Shown piece after piece: positions 28,968 to 38,551 of a stretch of 64,000 bases of DNA. The notes under the pieces are model-generated. The model searched no databases and was not told where the DNA came from. It saw nothing but the letters and a program-made list of their open reading frames with translations. This stretch comes from a virus (lineage: Duplodnaviria > Heunggongvirae > Uroviricota > Caudoviricetes): the IMG/VR virus record IMGVR_UViG_3300042401_001180. One strand, given 5' to 3'. How positions within the stretch are numbered: the stretch's first letter is position 1; each line of letters opens with the position of its first letter. A program made the translations under genes and the position numbers.

Positions 28968-29237
28968 TTACATCGTGCACATATTATATCTTTCAACATA
29001 ATAAACATTACCTGATTTTGTAACCAAACTTCCAATACCTTGTTTTGTGTAGTTTTCTAATAGATATACTTCAGCATCTTCATATGTGTGATGTGGTATA
29101 CGTTTATGACTACCATCTTCAATATTAAAAACCTCTTTCCATGATTTAAAGAATATCCCTTTGCGTCTTTCAATTACGAACTCAATACCTTTTTCACCAC
29201 TATGGTGCATTAACTTAATTATTCTGTATACTTTCAT
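28968..29237 (-). CDS. hypothetical protein (89 aa)
   Basis: ORF immediately downstream of repeat copy B. Confidence 0.45.
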   Translation of the reverse strand: MKVYRIIKLMHHSGEKGIEFVIERRKGIFFKSWKEVFNIEDGSHKRIPHHTYEDAEVYLLENYTKQGIGSLVTKSGNVYYVERYNMCTM

Positions 29238-29244
29238 CTTTTAA

Positions 29245-29315
29245 ATTTTGATTTAATTTTCATCCAAACTATTTCAGGATAATTCCATAACCACCAAAAA
29301 AATATATAAATTTTT
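29245..29315 (-). repeat. duplicated ~70-nt upstream element, copy B
   Basis: ttcatccaaactatttcaggataattccataaccaccaaaaaaatatataaatttttctcataa is shared with copy A. Confidence 0.5.
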
Positions 29316-29469
29316 CTCATAATCTTTAATCGTTTACTACTCCTTTTCTATTTCTATTTCCGATTTAACTTTAGTTGGTTTTTTAGTTGTTTCATCATCT
29401 GTATCGTCTTCAATAACGATCTTTACTGTTTCAGGAAAAAACATATTCATCCCAACCCCTAAATTCACC

Positions 29470-29760
29470 TCAATTACTTTTTCTTTTTTCATTTTTTTTC
29501 TTTTTTTTATCTATTAATTCTTTTAAAGTTCCCAGACATTCATCACAAAAAGGACGATTAATTCTTAATGAATCCATTTCTAATTCACAAACCAAACATT
29601 TTGGTGGATAACTAACAATAATCTTTTTTTGTTTATTGGTATCAGTATCGGTATCACCATATTTTTTTCTTAAATGTTCAGCCCAAGCATCTTGTTTTCT
29701 TCCATTTACAAACAACCAACTCCAGTTTAGTTCGAACCATTTTATAAGTTTATTTTTCAT
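29470..29760 (-). CDS. zinc-finger-like protein (96 aa, basic tail)
   Basis: CLVCE...CDEC. Confidence 0.45.
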   Translation of the reverse strand: MKNKLIKWFELNWSWLFVNGRKQDAWAEHLRKKYGDTDTDTNKQKKIIVSYPPKCLVCELEMDSLRINRPFCDECLGTLKELIDKKKKKNEKRKSN

Positions 29761-29767
29761 ATGTATA

Positions 29768-30139
29768 TTATTTTATTTTTAATTTAAATTCCACAATCTC
29801 AATTAACTTTTCAAGTCCATTATTTCCTTCATAAACTTGATTCTCTAAATTATAGATATACCATCCATTTTCACCTAAACAAACTTTATATTCATCATCA
29901 ATTTGAGGTATTAACCATCTAAATGCTTGTGAAAAAGTTGGAATTTCCACCCATCTTTCATCAAAATATACTTGTAAAATATCATCTATCCCAACACCTT
30001 CAACTCCAGCAACATCCATAAATCTCCAACAAATTGCTCCGTTTGGGTTACCGACTCTATAACAGTTTTCATTAAATCCAAGTTGCTTCATTCTTAAAGC
30101 AATTTGATAGGACACGAATTCTGATTCTATTTTTATCAT
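29768..30139 (-). CDS. hypothetical protein (123 aa)
   Basis: ORF. Confidence 0.45.
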   Translation of the reverse strand: MIKIESEFVSYQIALRMKQLGFNENCYRVGNPNGAICWRFMDVAGVEGVGIDDILQVYFDERWVEIPTFSQAFRWLIPQIDDEYKVCLGENGWYIYNLENQVYEGNNGLEKLIEIVEFKLKIK

Positions 30140-30163
30140 ATAACTAAATTATTTATCATTTTT

Positions 30164-30364
30164 TTAAAATAATAACCCTATTAATAATCCAATAACAAAT
30201 CCAAAAACAAATAATGATAATGATACCCATATTAGTAACTTTTTAATTTTACTAAAATCAAATGGGTTTTGGTTTGGTGTCATTTTTGGGAACCCTGTTA
30301 ACATCTTTTCCATTTCTTTCATCTTGTTCTTATCGAACATCTTATTGAAGTTGTTGTAATTCAT
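30164..30364 (-). CDS. small membrane protein (66 aa)
   Basis: C-terminal hydrophobic helix. Confidence 0.4.
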   Translation of the reverse strand: MNYNNFNKMFDKNKMKEMEKMLTGFPKMTPNQNPFDFSKIKKLLIWVSLSLFVFGFVIGLLIGLLF

Positions 30365-30527
30365 CTTTTGTTTTTTTTATCTCAGTTAATACTTTTTCTA
30401 TCTCTTCTTTCAAATCAGATTTATAAAGTGGATTTTTACTTATACCAACAAGAGAGTTATACCTATAGTTTAATCCTTCAAGGTACCCTCTTAATCTTAC
30501 TATTTCAGCTTCTTCGTTTGTTATCAT
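30342..30527 (-). CDS. hypothetical protein (61 aa)
   Basis: ORF. Confidence 0.35.
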   Translation of the reverse strand: MITNEEAEIVRLRGYLEGLNYRYNSLVGISKNPLYKSDLKEEIEKVLTEIKKTKDELQQLQ

Positions 30528-30831
30528 TTTTTATTATTTTGTAATTATTAAGTTTTAACCACATTAAAAATTCAAGTGCGTCCCAATCATCAGGATTCAA
30601 TTCACCAAGAGGTCCATCACCAAACTGATCTATAAAACCTTGTAAATAATCGGGTTGTATTTCAACACCACCTTTTTCGGTTTCAACAATTTTAACAGTA
30701 ACCATTTCGACGGCACAAGTTTCACACTGAACAGCCCTTTTATCTCCAAAAAAATCGTGTTTGCAAGTAATACACTTACACATATAATTTCCAGGTGCGA
30801 ATCCACCTATTGGGTATTTTTTATTTTCCAT
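30505..30831 (-). CDS. Cys-rich protein (108 aa)
   Basis: CKCITCKH...CETC. Confidence 0.45.
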   Translation of the reverse strand: MENKKYPIGGFAPGNYMCKCITCKHDFFGDKRAVQCETCAVEMVTVKIVETEKGGVEIQPDYLQGFIDQFGDGPLGELNPDDWDALEFLMWLKLNNYKIIKNDNKRRS

Positions 30832-31093
30832 TTAATCGGTTATCTAATAAATCACGTCTTTTACTGTGTATTTTATTTTCAAGTGGCCAAATAACATCAT
30901 AAAGATAATTATTCCAATACTTGTCTGGACTATTTTTCATTAACCGACTTCTAAAATTACGAACTAATCTTTGTGCGGTGGATAAATGGATTTGTGTCTC
31001 ACAAGAGTCAATTACCTTTTCAATCCATTTTGTTACATCTCCGTAGTGTGTACTTCTTTTTTCCATTTTTATAATTTTTTTAATATTAAACAA
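30821..31093 (-). CDS. hypothetical protein (90 aa)
   Basis: ORF. Confidence 0.4.
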   Translation of the reverse strand: MFNIKKIIKMEKRSTHYGDVTKWIEKVIDSCETQIHLSTAQRLVRNFRSRLMKNSPDKYWNNYLYDVIWPLENKIHSKRRDLLDNRLNGK

Positions 31094-31434
31094 CCCTCTT
31101 CATCCAATTTTGGTATACCTGTAGTAATACAATCACCTTTTTTATTTACACCATCACAATTCTTATCTAAACATTCTTCAACTATGTCAACATCCCATTC
31201 AGTTTGTTTTCTACTACCTCTATACAAATGGTCATCCCATCCTTCTCCATTCACTTCCAATACATATTCTTGAAGAGGGCTATCTTGTTCAATTGCTTGA
31301 CAGTTTTTAAGTGATAGTTTATACCACTCATAATCTTCCGCAAGTTCTTTATTCACAATAGCGTATGGATCATCAATATCCCCATTCAAAGATAGAATAT
31401 AACCAGATTCCATTTTATGTAATTTTCCTTTCAT
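31069..31434 (-). CDS. hypothetical protein (121 aa)
   Basis: ORF. A -7 box TATATTTGTGAT precedes the ATG. Confidence 0.45.
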   Translation of the reverse strand: MKGKLHKMESGYILSLNGDIDDPYAIVNKELAEDYEWYKLSLKNCQAIEQDSPLQEYVLEVNGEGWDDHLYRGSRKQTEWDVDIVEECLDKNCDGVNKKGDCITTGIPKLDEEGCLILKKL

Positions 31435-31457
31435 ATCACAAATATAATAAAACGTAT

Positions 31458-31500
31458 TTAAAAAAACAAATCCCCACTCTGTTAAAGTGAGGATTTAATT
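31458..31500 (-). terminator. rho-independent terminator (minus strand)
   Basis: Minus strand AAATCCTCACtttaacagaGTGGGGATTT (10-bp stem with one GU) followed by GTTTTTTT. Confidence 0.6.
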
Positions 31501-31511
31501 TTACTAAGAGA

Positions 31512-32462
31512 CTATTGTTTAATATTTAAGAATGTTCCAGAACTACCTGCCACGGTTGTTGGTAATTTACCATCCCAAGCGGATGCCTTAACGAACTCAA
31601 CATATAATGGTGTCAATTCTTTTTGTTTAATTTTCATTGATAGTGCCGCAGCATTTGCATTAATGATAGTTTTTGCAGAATCACCTCTTGCGATTGCAAT
31701 CTTCTCTAACGCCTCAGCCTGTGCTACTAATGTTCTTTGTTGTGCAGCTTGAGCTTCCTGTACCGCCTGTGTCTTACCTTCAATCGCCTTTTGAAGTGAT
31801 GCTGGTGGAACTATGTTTGTGCGTAACTGAGACACTGTGAACCATTTAGAAACTCTTTTATTACATTCTACAATGATTGCAGCCTCAAACTCTTCTCGTT
31901 TATTAAAGATTGCGTCCACTTCCCAACGGTTTGCAACATCATTTACAGATGATACGATTGCGTTTTTTAACCACCCTTGTTGTATTTCTGTAATATCTAA
32001 ACGTAAGTTCACAAACATATCCCCAATCGCATCCTCACGTAATGAGTAGTTAAAACTTGGTTTGATTGTTGCAGAGAAACCACCTTTTGTAATCACTTGT
32101 TGAGCGTCATACTCAATGTGTTGTTGGAATAAAGGAAATTCTTTTACTTGTTCTGTCCAATCATTATAAACCACCCAACCTGTTTTGTATTGGTATTTTG
32201 CCACACCACGTTCAGAACCTGTTAAATTAACTTTAAGTCCTTTGTTACCCGCATCAATTCGTTCCAATGCAAATGGTTGTACTAAAGACACTATAATACC
32301 AAGTACAAAAATCACTACTGGTTTAATCAACCACGACGTGTTGAAATGTTCACGGGAATCTCCCCATCTGTCTTGTCCTGTGACATACATATTACCTCTT
32401 GTTGATAATCCTACAAAAATTGCAGATATCAAACACACCATAAAAATTACCGTACTAATCAT
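31512..32462 (-). CDS. SPFH/band-7 (prohibitin/stomatin/HflK-like) membrane protein
   Basis: N-terminal TM, SPFH core and Ala/Gln-rich coiled-coil tail (QAVQEAQAAQQRTLVAQAEALEKIAIARGD). Confidence 0.7.
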   Translation of the reverse strand: MISTVIFMVCLISAIFVGLSTRGNMYVTGQDRWGDSREHFNTSWLIKPVVIFVLGIIVSLVQPFALERIDAGNKGLKVNLTGSERGVAKYQYKTGWVVYNDWTEQVKEFPLFQQHIEYDAQQVITKGGFSATIKPSFNYSLREDAIGDMFVNLRLDITEIQQGWLKNAIVSSVNDVANRWEVDAIFNKREEFEAAIIVECNKRVSKWFTVSQLRTNIVPPASLQKAIEGKTQAVQEAQAAQQRTLVAQAEALEKIAIARGDSAKTIINANAAALSMKIKQKELTPLYVEFVKASAWDGKLPTTVAGSSGTFLNIKQ

Positions 32463-32655
32463 TTTTTTCTTCTTTTTTAAAATTTGTTAATTGTTTTATT
32501 GTTTCGCTCCCTACTAAAAATAAAAGTCCAAACATACCGACAAAACCTAATAGTTGTATGAACCCGTTTACTTCTCTACTTACGACATACTCGCCGTAGA
32601 ATGATGCTACGACTATCAGTCCTAGCCACATCAAAAATACTTTAAAATACTTCAT
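32455..32655 (-). CDS. small 2-TM membrane protein, possible SPFH partner
   Basis: 66 aa with two hydrophobic helices. Its stop overlaps the SPFH start. Confidence 0.45.
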   Translation of the reverse strand: MKYFKVFLMWLGLIVVASFYGEYVVSREVNGFIQLLGFVGMFGLLFLVGSETIKQLTNFKKEEKND

Positions 32656-32678
32656 TTCATTTTTTTACTTTTTTATTA

Positions 32679-33053
32679 TTATTCCACAAATATACAATTT
32701 TCTAATTCATAAACGTGGTTTCCTCTTGTTGATCTTACATATAAATCAATAATATGTCCATAAATTTCAAACTTTTTAGGTTCTTCACCTTCTTTAAGGG
32801 GTCTTAATGATTCTGTCCAATTAGTATGAATACCAAAATTTGATTCGATATTTTTAACCTTATCTGTCCAATCTGATAACCCATATTTACTTTTATATCT
32901 GAACTCTTTACCTATAAGTGATGATAAATTAAAACAATAGTTCTCATCATCTTTATTATCGGGTGACAATGGATTTTTTTCTCCCGTTAGTTCTTCATAA
33001 TACGGATTTAATTCCCCCGTTTGTGGATCATGTGTTGGTATTTTATTTTCCAT
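32679..33053 (-). CDS. hypothetical protein (124 aa)
   Basis: ORF. Confidence 0.45.
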   Translation of the reverse strand: MENKIPTHDPQTGELNPYYEELTGEKNPLSPDNKDDENYCFNLSSLIGKEFRYKSKYGLSDWTDKVKNIESNFGIHTNWTESLRPLKEGEEPKKFEIYGHIIDLYVRSTRGNHVYELENCIFVE

Positions 33054-33300
33054 TTTTTACAATTGCTTTTGTTAATTGGTTAATTAATCCCTGAACTTCA
33101 CCAAAATCATAAAACCTAACCAAAGGATCAGTATTGAAAAACTCAACGTACCAATTATCGTCTTTAATCTCCTCATTTGTTGGTGTGATGAATGTTAGTC
33201 CGTCAGCAATGTCTAAGACATAATAATAAGATTCATCTTCATCGTGTTCTTTAATTTCTTCACTTTTGAGTCCCAAAAGTATTAATTCTCTTTCTGTCAT
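33043..33300 (-). CDS. hypothetical protein (85 aa)
   Basis: ORF. Confidence 0.4.
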   Translation of the reverse strand: MTERELILLGLKSEEIKEHDEDESYYYVLDIADGLTFITPTNEEIKDDNWYVEFFNTDPLVRFYDFGEVQGLINQLTKAIVKNGK

Positions 33301-33301
33301 A

Positions 33302-33565
33302 TTACTTAGTTTCTACAATGTTATATGTTCCCTCAACCATACCCCAAGAAGATTCTTCGTGGAATTGATATGTTTCAGCAACATCAGTTGAATTCATTGG
33401 ACGAGTTAAATACCAAACTTCTGTCTCTTTCCAAGTAACGTTAACCAATTTACGTCCTTTAGGAAGATTGATGGTTCCTTTACCACCCCAATTCTTTACT
33501 CTGTTGTTTTCTGTACAAGATGTTACCATAACACCTAACATAATTGCTAAAATTACTTTTTTCAT
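33302..33565 (-). CDS. putative lipoprotein (87 aa)
   Basis: Signal peptide ending VTSC (lipobox-like). Confidence 0.5.
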   Translation of the reverse strand: MKKVILAIMLGVMVTSCTENNRVKNWGGKGTINLPKGRKLVNVTWKETEVWYLTRPMNSTDVAETYQFHEESSWGMVEGTYNIVETK

Positions 33566-33568
33566 ATA

Positions 33569-33802
33569 TTATTTATTTAAAGATTTATCAATTAAAACAT
33601 AAGGTGGTTTAATTCTAACTTCAGAACCATCACTATTAAAGTAGTATACGGTATCACCATCAAAACCAATTGTATCTGTATACCAAATAGCTGGATGATG
33701 TCCTTTATTTGTCATAACGGTACCTTTTATTTTATACCTATAATCGTTTCTTCCACAGGAAAATACAAGTAATACTATAAGAATACTAATTAACTTCTTC
33801 AT
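33569..33802 (-). CDS. putative lipoprotein (77 aa)
   Basis: Signal peptide ending VFSC. Confidence 0.5.
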   Translation of the reverse strand: MKKLISILIVLLVFSCGRNDYRYKIKGTVMTNKGHHPAIWYTDTIGFDGDTVYYFNSDGSEVRIKPPYVLIDKSLNK

Positions 33803-33939
33803 CTTCCACTAATTTAACTAGATTAATAGACGTTACACCAACAACTCCATTTGGTAGTGTGTAATTCACTTTTTTACCACCTAAAAAGTGATAGTCATCT
33901 TTTATGGTTGCATCAACGGTTTTCCCGTCAATTTTAATT

Positions 33940-34137
33940 TTAATTTTGTTGTTTTTCATATTCCATTATTTTATCTGTAAACATATTATTTTCAGGATCA
34001 TGTTTCCCTAAGTTATATGTTGTAAATGTACCATTTTCAAAGGACACTCTCAACATTAGATAACCTAATTCGGAAACATAAATTTTATCTATCTCACCTA
34101 ACCCTTTAGGTGTTTGCATCATTACCATTTTTGTCAT
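33940..34137 (-). CDS. hypothetical protein (65 aa)
   Basis: ORF. Confidence 0.4.
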   Translation of the reverse strand: MTKMVMMQTPKGLGEIDKIYVSELGYLMLRVSFENGTFTTYNLGKHDPENNMFTDKIMEYEKQQN

Positions 34138-34555
34138 TTAAAACTTTTTCTAAAATTGTGTTTAATGTATTGTTGATTTGTGATTTAATATCGTTTTCAT
34201 ATTCCAACCTGATTTGCTCTACTTTACCATCAAACTGTTTTTTAAGTTTAGTAATATCTCTTTCACTAAGTTTAATAATATAATGATATACGTGATTTGT
34301 GATTTCAACCCTATTTTCAACCATTACAACAAAGATATCTAACTCCTTGTTGATGATATACCTTTTTTCAGAAAGTGGTGCGATTGTATATTTAGAACCA
34401 TTATGGTTGATTAGTTTTCTGCAAATAGCAGTACAGGTTTTTTCATAACCCATTATATCTTCAGGAGCTTTGAACCATTTGGTTCCTCGTTCCCATAAAT
34501 AAAATCTTAATTTTAACTTTTTGACTTTTCGTCTTAACCATTTAGCGAATTCCAT
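34106..34555 (-). CDS. hypothetical protein (149 aa)
   Basis: ORF. Confidence 0.45.
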   Translation of the reverse strand: MEFAKWLRRKVKKLKLRFYLWERGTKWFKAPEDIMGYEKTCTAICRKLINHNGSKYTIAPLSEKRYIINKELDIFVVMVENRVEITNHVYHYIIKLSERDITKLKKQFDGKVEQIRLEYENDIKSQINNTLNTILEKVLNDKNGNDANT

Positions 34556-34606
34556 AAATTTAATCTTTTAATTAAATTTATGTATTTTTTATTGATTAGA
34601 CAAATG

Positions 34607-35251
34607 TTATTTGAATTTTTTGACTCTTTCTTTTGATTTCATTTTGTTTGCGTAGTCCATCCAAACATTTTTAACCTGAAACCATTCCTTTTTTGGGTTG
34701 TCAAACTTACTCTTATTTTCTTCAAACCATTCGTCCATAGCATCACTTAACGATATTTTTTTGGTTTTAGATCTTTTAATTAGTCCTCTAACATATGCTG
34801 GGATTTCTTCTTGTGATAATAAGTAATCTAAATTATTATCTTCAACCTCCTCATAAGGAACAGACATATCCTCAAAGTTTTGTTGTTCAATATGTTCTAA
34901 TTCGTGTTCAACGGTTTCTTTTATTTCTGCAACAAGATCATTCATATGTTTTGGAAAGTCTTGTGGTCTATAAGTAATTTCAATTTCTAGTTCTTGTATG
35001 TCAGCACTTGCACTAACAGAGAATGGGTGGTTGAAGTCCTCATCTTCAATAAAGTAACATTTTAAATCAAAATTAGCGTAATCATCACCTCTTTCAAATT
35101 GTATACCTTCCAATTCAAAATCTTCATTTTTTTTAAATTGGTTAATTATCAATCTTGATAACAATAATGATATCTTTTCTGATTTTCTTTCGGCAATTAG
35201 TTTTTGACTAACTCTTTTTACTATATTTTCTATTATGTAGTTTTTTTCCAT
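34607..35251 (-). CDS. hypothetical protein (214 aa; HELEH motif)
   Basis: ORF with a possible HExxH. Confidence 0.5.
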   Translation of the reverse strand: MEKNYIIENIVKRVSQKLIAERKSEKISLLLSRLIINQFKKNEDFELEGIQFERGDDYANFDLKCYFIEDEDFNHPFSVSASADIQELEIEITYRPQDFPKHMNDLVAEIKETVEHELEHIEQQNFEDMSVPYEEVEDNNLDYLLSQEEIPAYVRGLIKRSKTKKISLSDAMDEWFEENKSKFDNPKKEWFQVKNVWMDYANKMKSKERVKKFK

Positions 35252-35286
35252 ATAAATAAATATCTATTAAAAAAAAAGTATTATAT

Positions 35287-35877
35287 TTGAAGTTAAACAA
35301 AACAGTTATGAGAAATTTAATTTATTTAATTATCGTTTTTTTATCGTTTAATTCTTTATCTCAAAGAATCACTATTGAAAATTTTAATTCATCTGAATTA
35401 AATCGAGTACTATTAAATGAAATCAATTCTTACCGTAAAAATAAAGGGTTAGATACTTTGGTTTACTCCCAAGTTGTTTTTGATAGTCTTTCTTTTCCTA
35501 ACTGCGTTGAGGTTTCTAATAGTGGATTATTTTACCATCCGGTAATTACGGAAAAGTGGAAACATTCTATATTAAGAGAAATGATTGTTTCTGAATCTAT
35601 AGATAAGGTTGGCGGTACAGTTGATAGACATTCTTCAGGGCTTCCTTGGTTGGACACTTATGAGAATGCTCTTAGAAGTTATAATAATTTTACGTCTTAC
35701 GAACAGATTGCTAAATTTGCAATTAGTTCTTGGGAAACTTCCCCTTCACATAATAGAGTACAGAATTTAGATTTTGACTCAGGAGATTTACCTGGTTTGT
35801 TTTCGTGTCATTCAAGTTACGGTAAGAATGGTTACGTTTACATTTACATAAACTTTGTTAGAGTTCACAGAAATTAA
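35287..35877 (+). CDS. secreted hypothetical protein (196 aa)
   Basis: N-terminal signal peptide. Plus-strand gene. Confidence 0.5.
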   Translation: MKLNKTVMRNLIYLIIVFLSFNSLSQRITIENFNSSELNRVLLNEINSYRKNKGLDTLVYSQVVFDSLSFPNCVEVSNSGLFYHPVITEKWKHSILREMIVSESIDKVGGTVDRHSSGLPWLDTYENALRSYNNFTSYEQIAKFAISSWETSPSHNRVQNLDFDSGDLPGLFSCHSSYGKNGYVYIYINFVRVHRN

Positions 35878-36492
35878 TTATTGTTCCAAATGTGTCATAA
35901 GAACGCCACCCAAAGATGTCGCATGAACTTGTAAGTGGTTAATTGATTCCATGTCTAATTTTTTCTTACGTTTTGTGTAATCCAACCCTAAAGTTCCAAT
36001 GAACCTGTCATCAATTGTTTTAATTGCAAATAAATAACCTGATTTACATCCCGTATCTTCAGCAATATATTTTAACCCGAATGTTGCAATTGTAGAATCT
36101 TTAAAATCCGCAATCTCAATAATGTTATTACTTAATAACTCGTTAATTGATTTTGAAAATAAATTAACAGGGATGTTATGAAAATTGGTTTGTACTGATG
36201 CTACACCAGGATGAACCGTTTCATACATTATCGAAAACTTTGCCATTGATTTACCTGTTGGGTAGAAATTACCACCATTGTGGAATTGTGTTATCCAAAC
36301 ACGATCTGCATCAAATTCATCCTTTATATGTTCAATTTTAGATGTTATCAACTCGCTCACACGAAGAGTTTCTCTAACCATATCTGGTTTCTCTTTTTTC
36401 TTCTCTAATTTACTTTTTATGTAAACTAATATAATCGGTCCTAACACACCTGTTATAAACGCAATAATAATTCCACTCATATTTTCAAACAT
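35878..36492 (-). CDS. membrane-anchored hypothetical protein (204 aa)
   Basis: N-terminal TM helix. Confidence 0.5.
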   Translation of the reverse strand: MFENMSGIIIAFITGVLGPIILVYIKSKLEKKKEKPDMVRETLRVSELITSKIEHIKDEFDADRVWITQFHNGGNFYPTGKSMAKFSIMYETVHPGVASVQTNFHNIPVNLFSKSINELLSNNIIEIADFKDSTIATFGLKYIAEDTGCKSGYLFAIKTIDDRFIGTLGLDYTKRKKKLDMESINHLQVHATSLGGVLMTHLEQ

Positions 36493-36540
36493 ATTAATAA
36501 ATAGTGTTTAAATTAAAAAAATTATTAAGTATTTATAATT

Positions 36541-37464
36541 ATGAGAAATTTAATCCGAGAATGCCTAATTGAAGAATTTAGACCTGATCTAATAAAAGAA
36601 TGTACAATCGCCGCAGTAAGACTGGATGATGGTGTTGTTTTAGCAAAAAATAGGGATCGAGGATATAAAGCAAATGTGGAAGTTGTACACGAATTAATAG
36701 ATGATGTTGAGGTTCTTTATTGGAGAGATGTTGATACAGATTGGAGTGAAGGGATGAATGAATATGGGATTGGTATCGTTAATTCAAGTCTTATGGTTTC
36801 TCAGGACGAAAAAGAAGGTAAAGAAGTAGAAAAGACCAGGAAAGATAAAACTACAAAAAAAAGACCATCATACGATGGTAATAAAATTAGAAAGGCTTTA
36901 ACTTATAAAACATTACCTAAAGTAATTAAATCAATTGTTGGTTATTCAGGTGAGGATAAAAAAGATGTTGGTTTAAAAGGGGAAACATTTGTTTCAGATT
37001 CAAATAACATATATGTTGTTGAGATGACATCAAAACATTCACCAATTATAAAAAAATTAAATAAAGAACAAAAAGTTCTTGTTAGAACAAACCACGGAGT
37101 TTACCACAAAGAAGCGGGATACACAAAAGGAGAAAAGAAAAAATCATCTCACACAAGATTAAATTTAGCAAAAAAACATTTAAAAAATGCTAAAACACCT
37201 ATGGATGTAATTAATAAATTAAAAGAAAAATATAAAGAGGATCCGTTTTTAAATCCATATAGAACTGATAATATGTACCATATGCAAACTACAGGTCAAA
37301 TTATGATGGATCTAGACAAAAAAGAAATTGTTATCAGAATGGATAATGAAATGGGTAACTTTGTGGGGATCAAAAATAAATTACCTAAAGATTACACACC
37401 AAAATTAAAAGTGAGAATTGATAAAGAAAAAACTCATAATAAAGGTAAAAAATTACCAACATAA
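36541..37464 (+). CDS. hypothetical Lys-rich protein (307 aa) with MRNLIRECLIEE N-terminal family motif
   Basis: ORF followed by a terminator. Confidence 0.5.
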   Translation: MRNLIRECLIEEFRPDLIKECTIAAVRLDDGVVLAKNRDRGYKANVEVVHELIDDVEVLYWRDVDTDWSEGMNEYGIGIVNSSLMVSQDEKEGKEVEKTRKDKTTKKRPSYDGNKIRKALTYKTLPKVIKSIVGYSGEDKKDVGLKGETFVSDSNNIYVVEMTSKHSPIIKKLNKEQKVLVRTNHGVYHKEAGYTKGEKKKSSHTRLNLAKKHLKNAKTPMDVINKLKEKYKEDPFLNPYRTDNMYHMQTTGQIMMDLDKKEIVIRMDNEMGNFVGIKNKLPKDYTPKLKVRIDKEKTHNKGKKLPT

Positions 37465-37465
37465 A

Positions 37466-37500
37466 AAACCCACCTTGTGAGTGGGTTTCATTTATATTAC
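37466..37500. terminator. bidirectional rho-independent terminator
   Basis: aaaaAACCCACttgtgaGTGGGTTtcattt. The minus strand gives the hairpin followed by TTTTTTAT. Confidence 0.6.
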
Positions 37501-37507
37501 GATAAAT

Positions 37508-37681
37508 TTAAGCTTTGTTTTTCGCCACAATAGACCAAATAGCCCCTGTTAATGTCATTGCTCCACCAACAATCTCAGTAATTGTCGCTTCATCCACAAG
37601 TCCTTTCATTACAACGATACCACCAACAAACGTTAATGCGTGTCGGATAATACCCATAATTTGTTCTTTAGATAATTTCAT
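37508..37681 (-). CDS. holin-like small membrane protein (58 aa), not in ORF track
   Basis: Manual translation MKLSKEQIMGIIRHALTFVGGIVVMKGLVDEATITEIVGGAMTLTGAIWSIVAKNKA: two TM helices and a charged C-terminus, directly downstream of the endolysin gene. Confidence 0.4.
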   Translation of the reverse strand: MKLSKEQIMGIIRHALTFVGGIVVMKGLVDEATITEIVGGAMTLTGAIWSIVAKNKA

Positions 37682-37716
37682 AATTTAAATTTTAAAAGTT
37701 TATTTAATAATAAATA

Positions 37717-38541
37717 TTACTTAAGTAGGTTATAATACTCTTTAAAGTGTTTAATTCTATCTGCAAGTCCTATTGTACCCCCATTTACTCTCTTTGTTAC
37801 TGCAGTTACCGTAGTGTCATCAGATCCCTTATCACAGATACTCCAAAGTTTGTTTGAGTCAAAGAAAAATGCGGCAGAAGCCAACGGATATTTAGTCGCA
37901 ACCAAGTCAGGATTTGCAACACAATCTTCACCAATAAATTTTGTAAAACTTGTGTAGTTACCTTTACCTGTTAATTGGATGTACCCTCTACCTCTAAATT
38001 TATACCCTTCTTTTGATGCCTCGTCTCCGTTATTCATACGGTTAGCATAAACTCTTGATGCAATCTTTTCAGGTTGTTTTGCGTATGATTCAGCCAAGTT
38101 ACCAGGAAAGTATTTACCAAACGTTTTTTTTAATCCATCAGCAGAATAATTTAAATTTTCTGATACCGCTTTAAATCCTCCTGACTCATGTCCACATTGT
38201 GATAAAAAGTGAGCAAGTCTAAGATTTGTTGTAATGTTAAATTTCTTTGCGGTTTCCGATATTTGTGTAATAACAACATCAGGAATATGTCCTTTTAGTT
38301 TTTCAATATTCAATCCTGTTACCGGTGTGATTACAACATCTTCTTTAACCACCTGAGTTGTCCCGAACATTTTAGACCAAGTACCGTCACCAACAATACC
38401 ATCAGCGGTTAATCCGTTTTTAGTTTGCCATTCTTTTACTACCGTTTCAGTTTTAGGTCCAAAAGAACCATCAACAGTTAATCCTAATTTCTCTTGAAGT
38501 TTTTTTACATCGTCTCCTTTCGATCCTACTTTTAATAACAT
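37717..38541 (-). CDS. endolysin: N-terminal peptidoglycan-binding domain + glycoside hydrolase family 19 (chitinase/lysozyme-like) catalytic domain
   Basis: PG_binding_1 repeats (LQEKLGLTVDGSFGPKT, WQTKNGLTADGIVG) followed by GH19 hallmarks HFLSQCGHESGGF and YKFRGRGYIQLTGKGNY. Confidence 0.85.
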   Translation of the reverse strand: MLLKVGSKGDDVKKLQEKLGLTVDGSFGPKTETVVKEWQTKNGLTADGIVGDGTWSKMFGTTQVVKEDVVITPVTGLNIEKLKGHIPDVVITQISETAKKFNITTNLRLAHFLSQCGHESGGFKAVSENLNYSADGLKKTFGKYFPGNLAESYAKQPEKIASRVYANRMNNGDEASKEGYKFRGRGYIQLTGKGNYTSFTKFIGEDCVANPDLVATKYPLASAAFFFDSNKLWSICDKGSDDTTVTAVTKRVNGGTIGLADRIKHFKEYYNLLK

Positions 38542-38551
38542 AGTTTTTATT

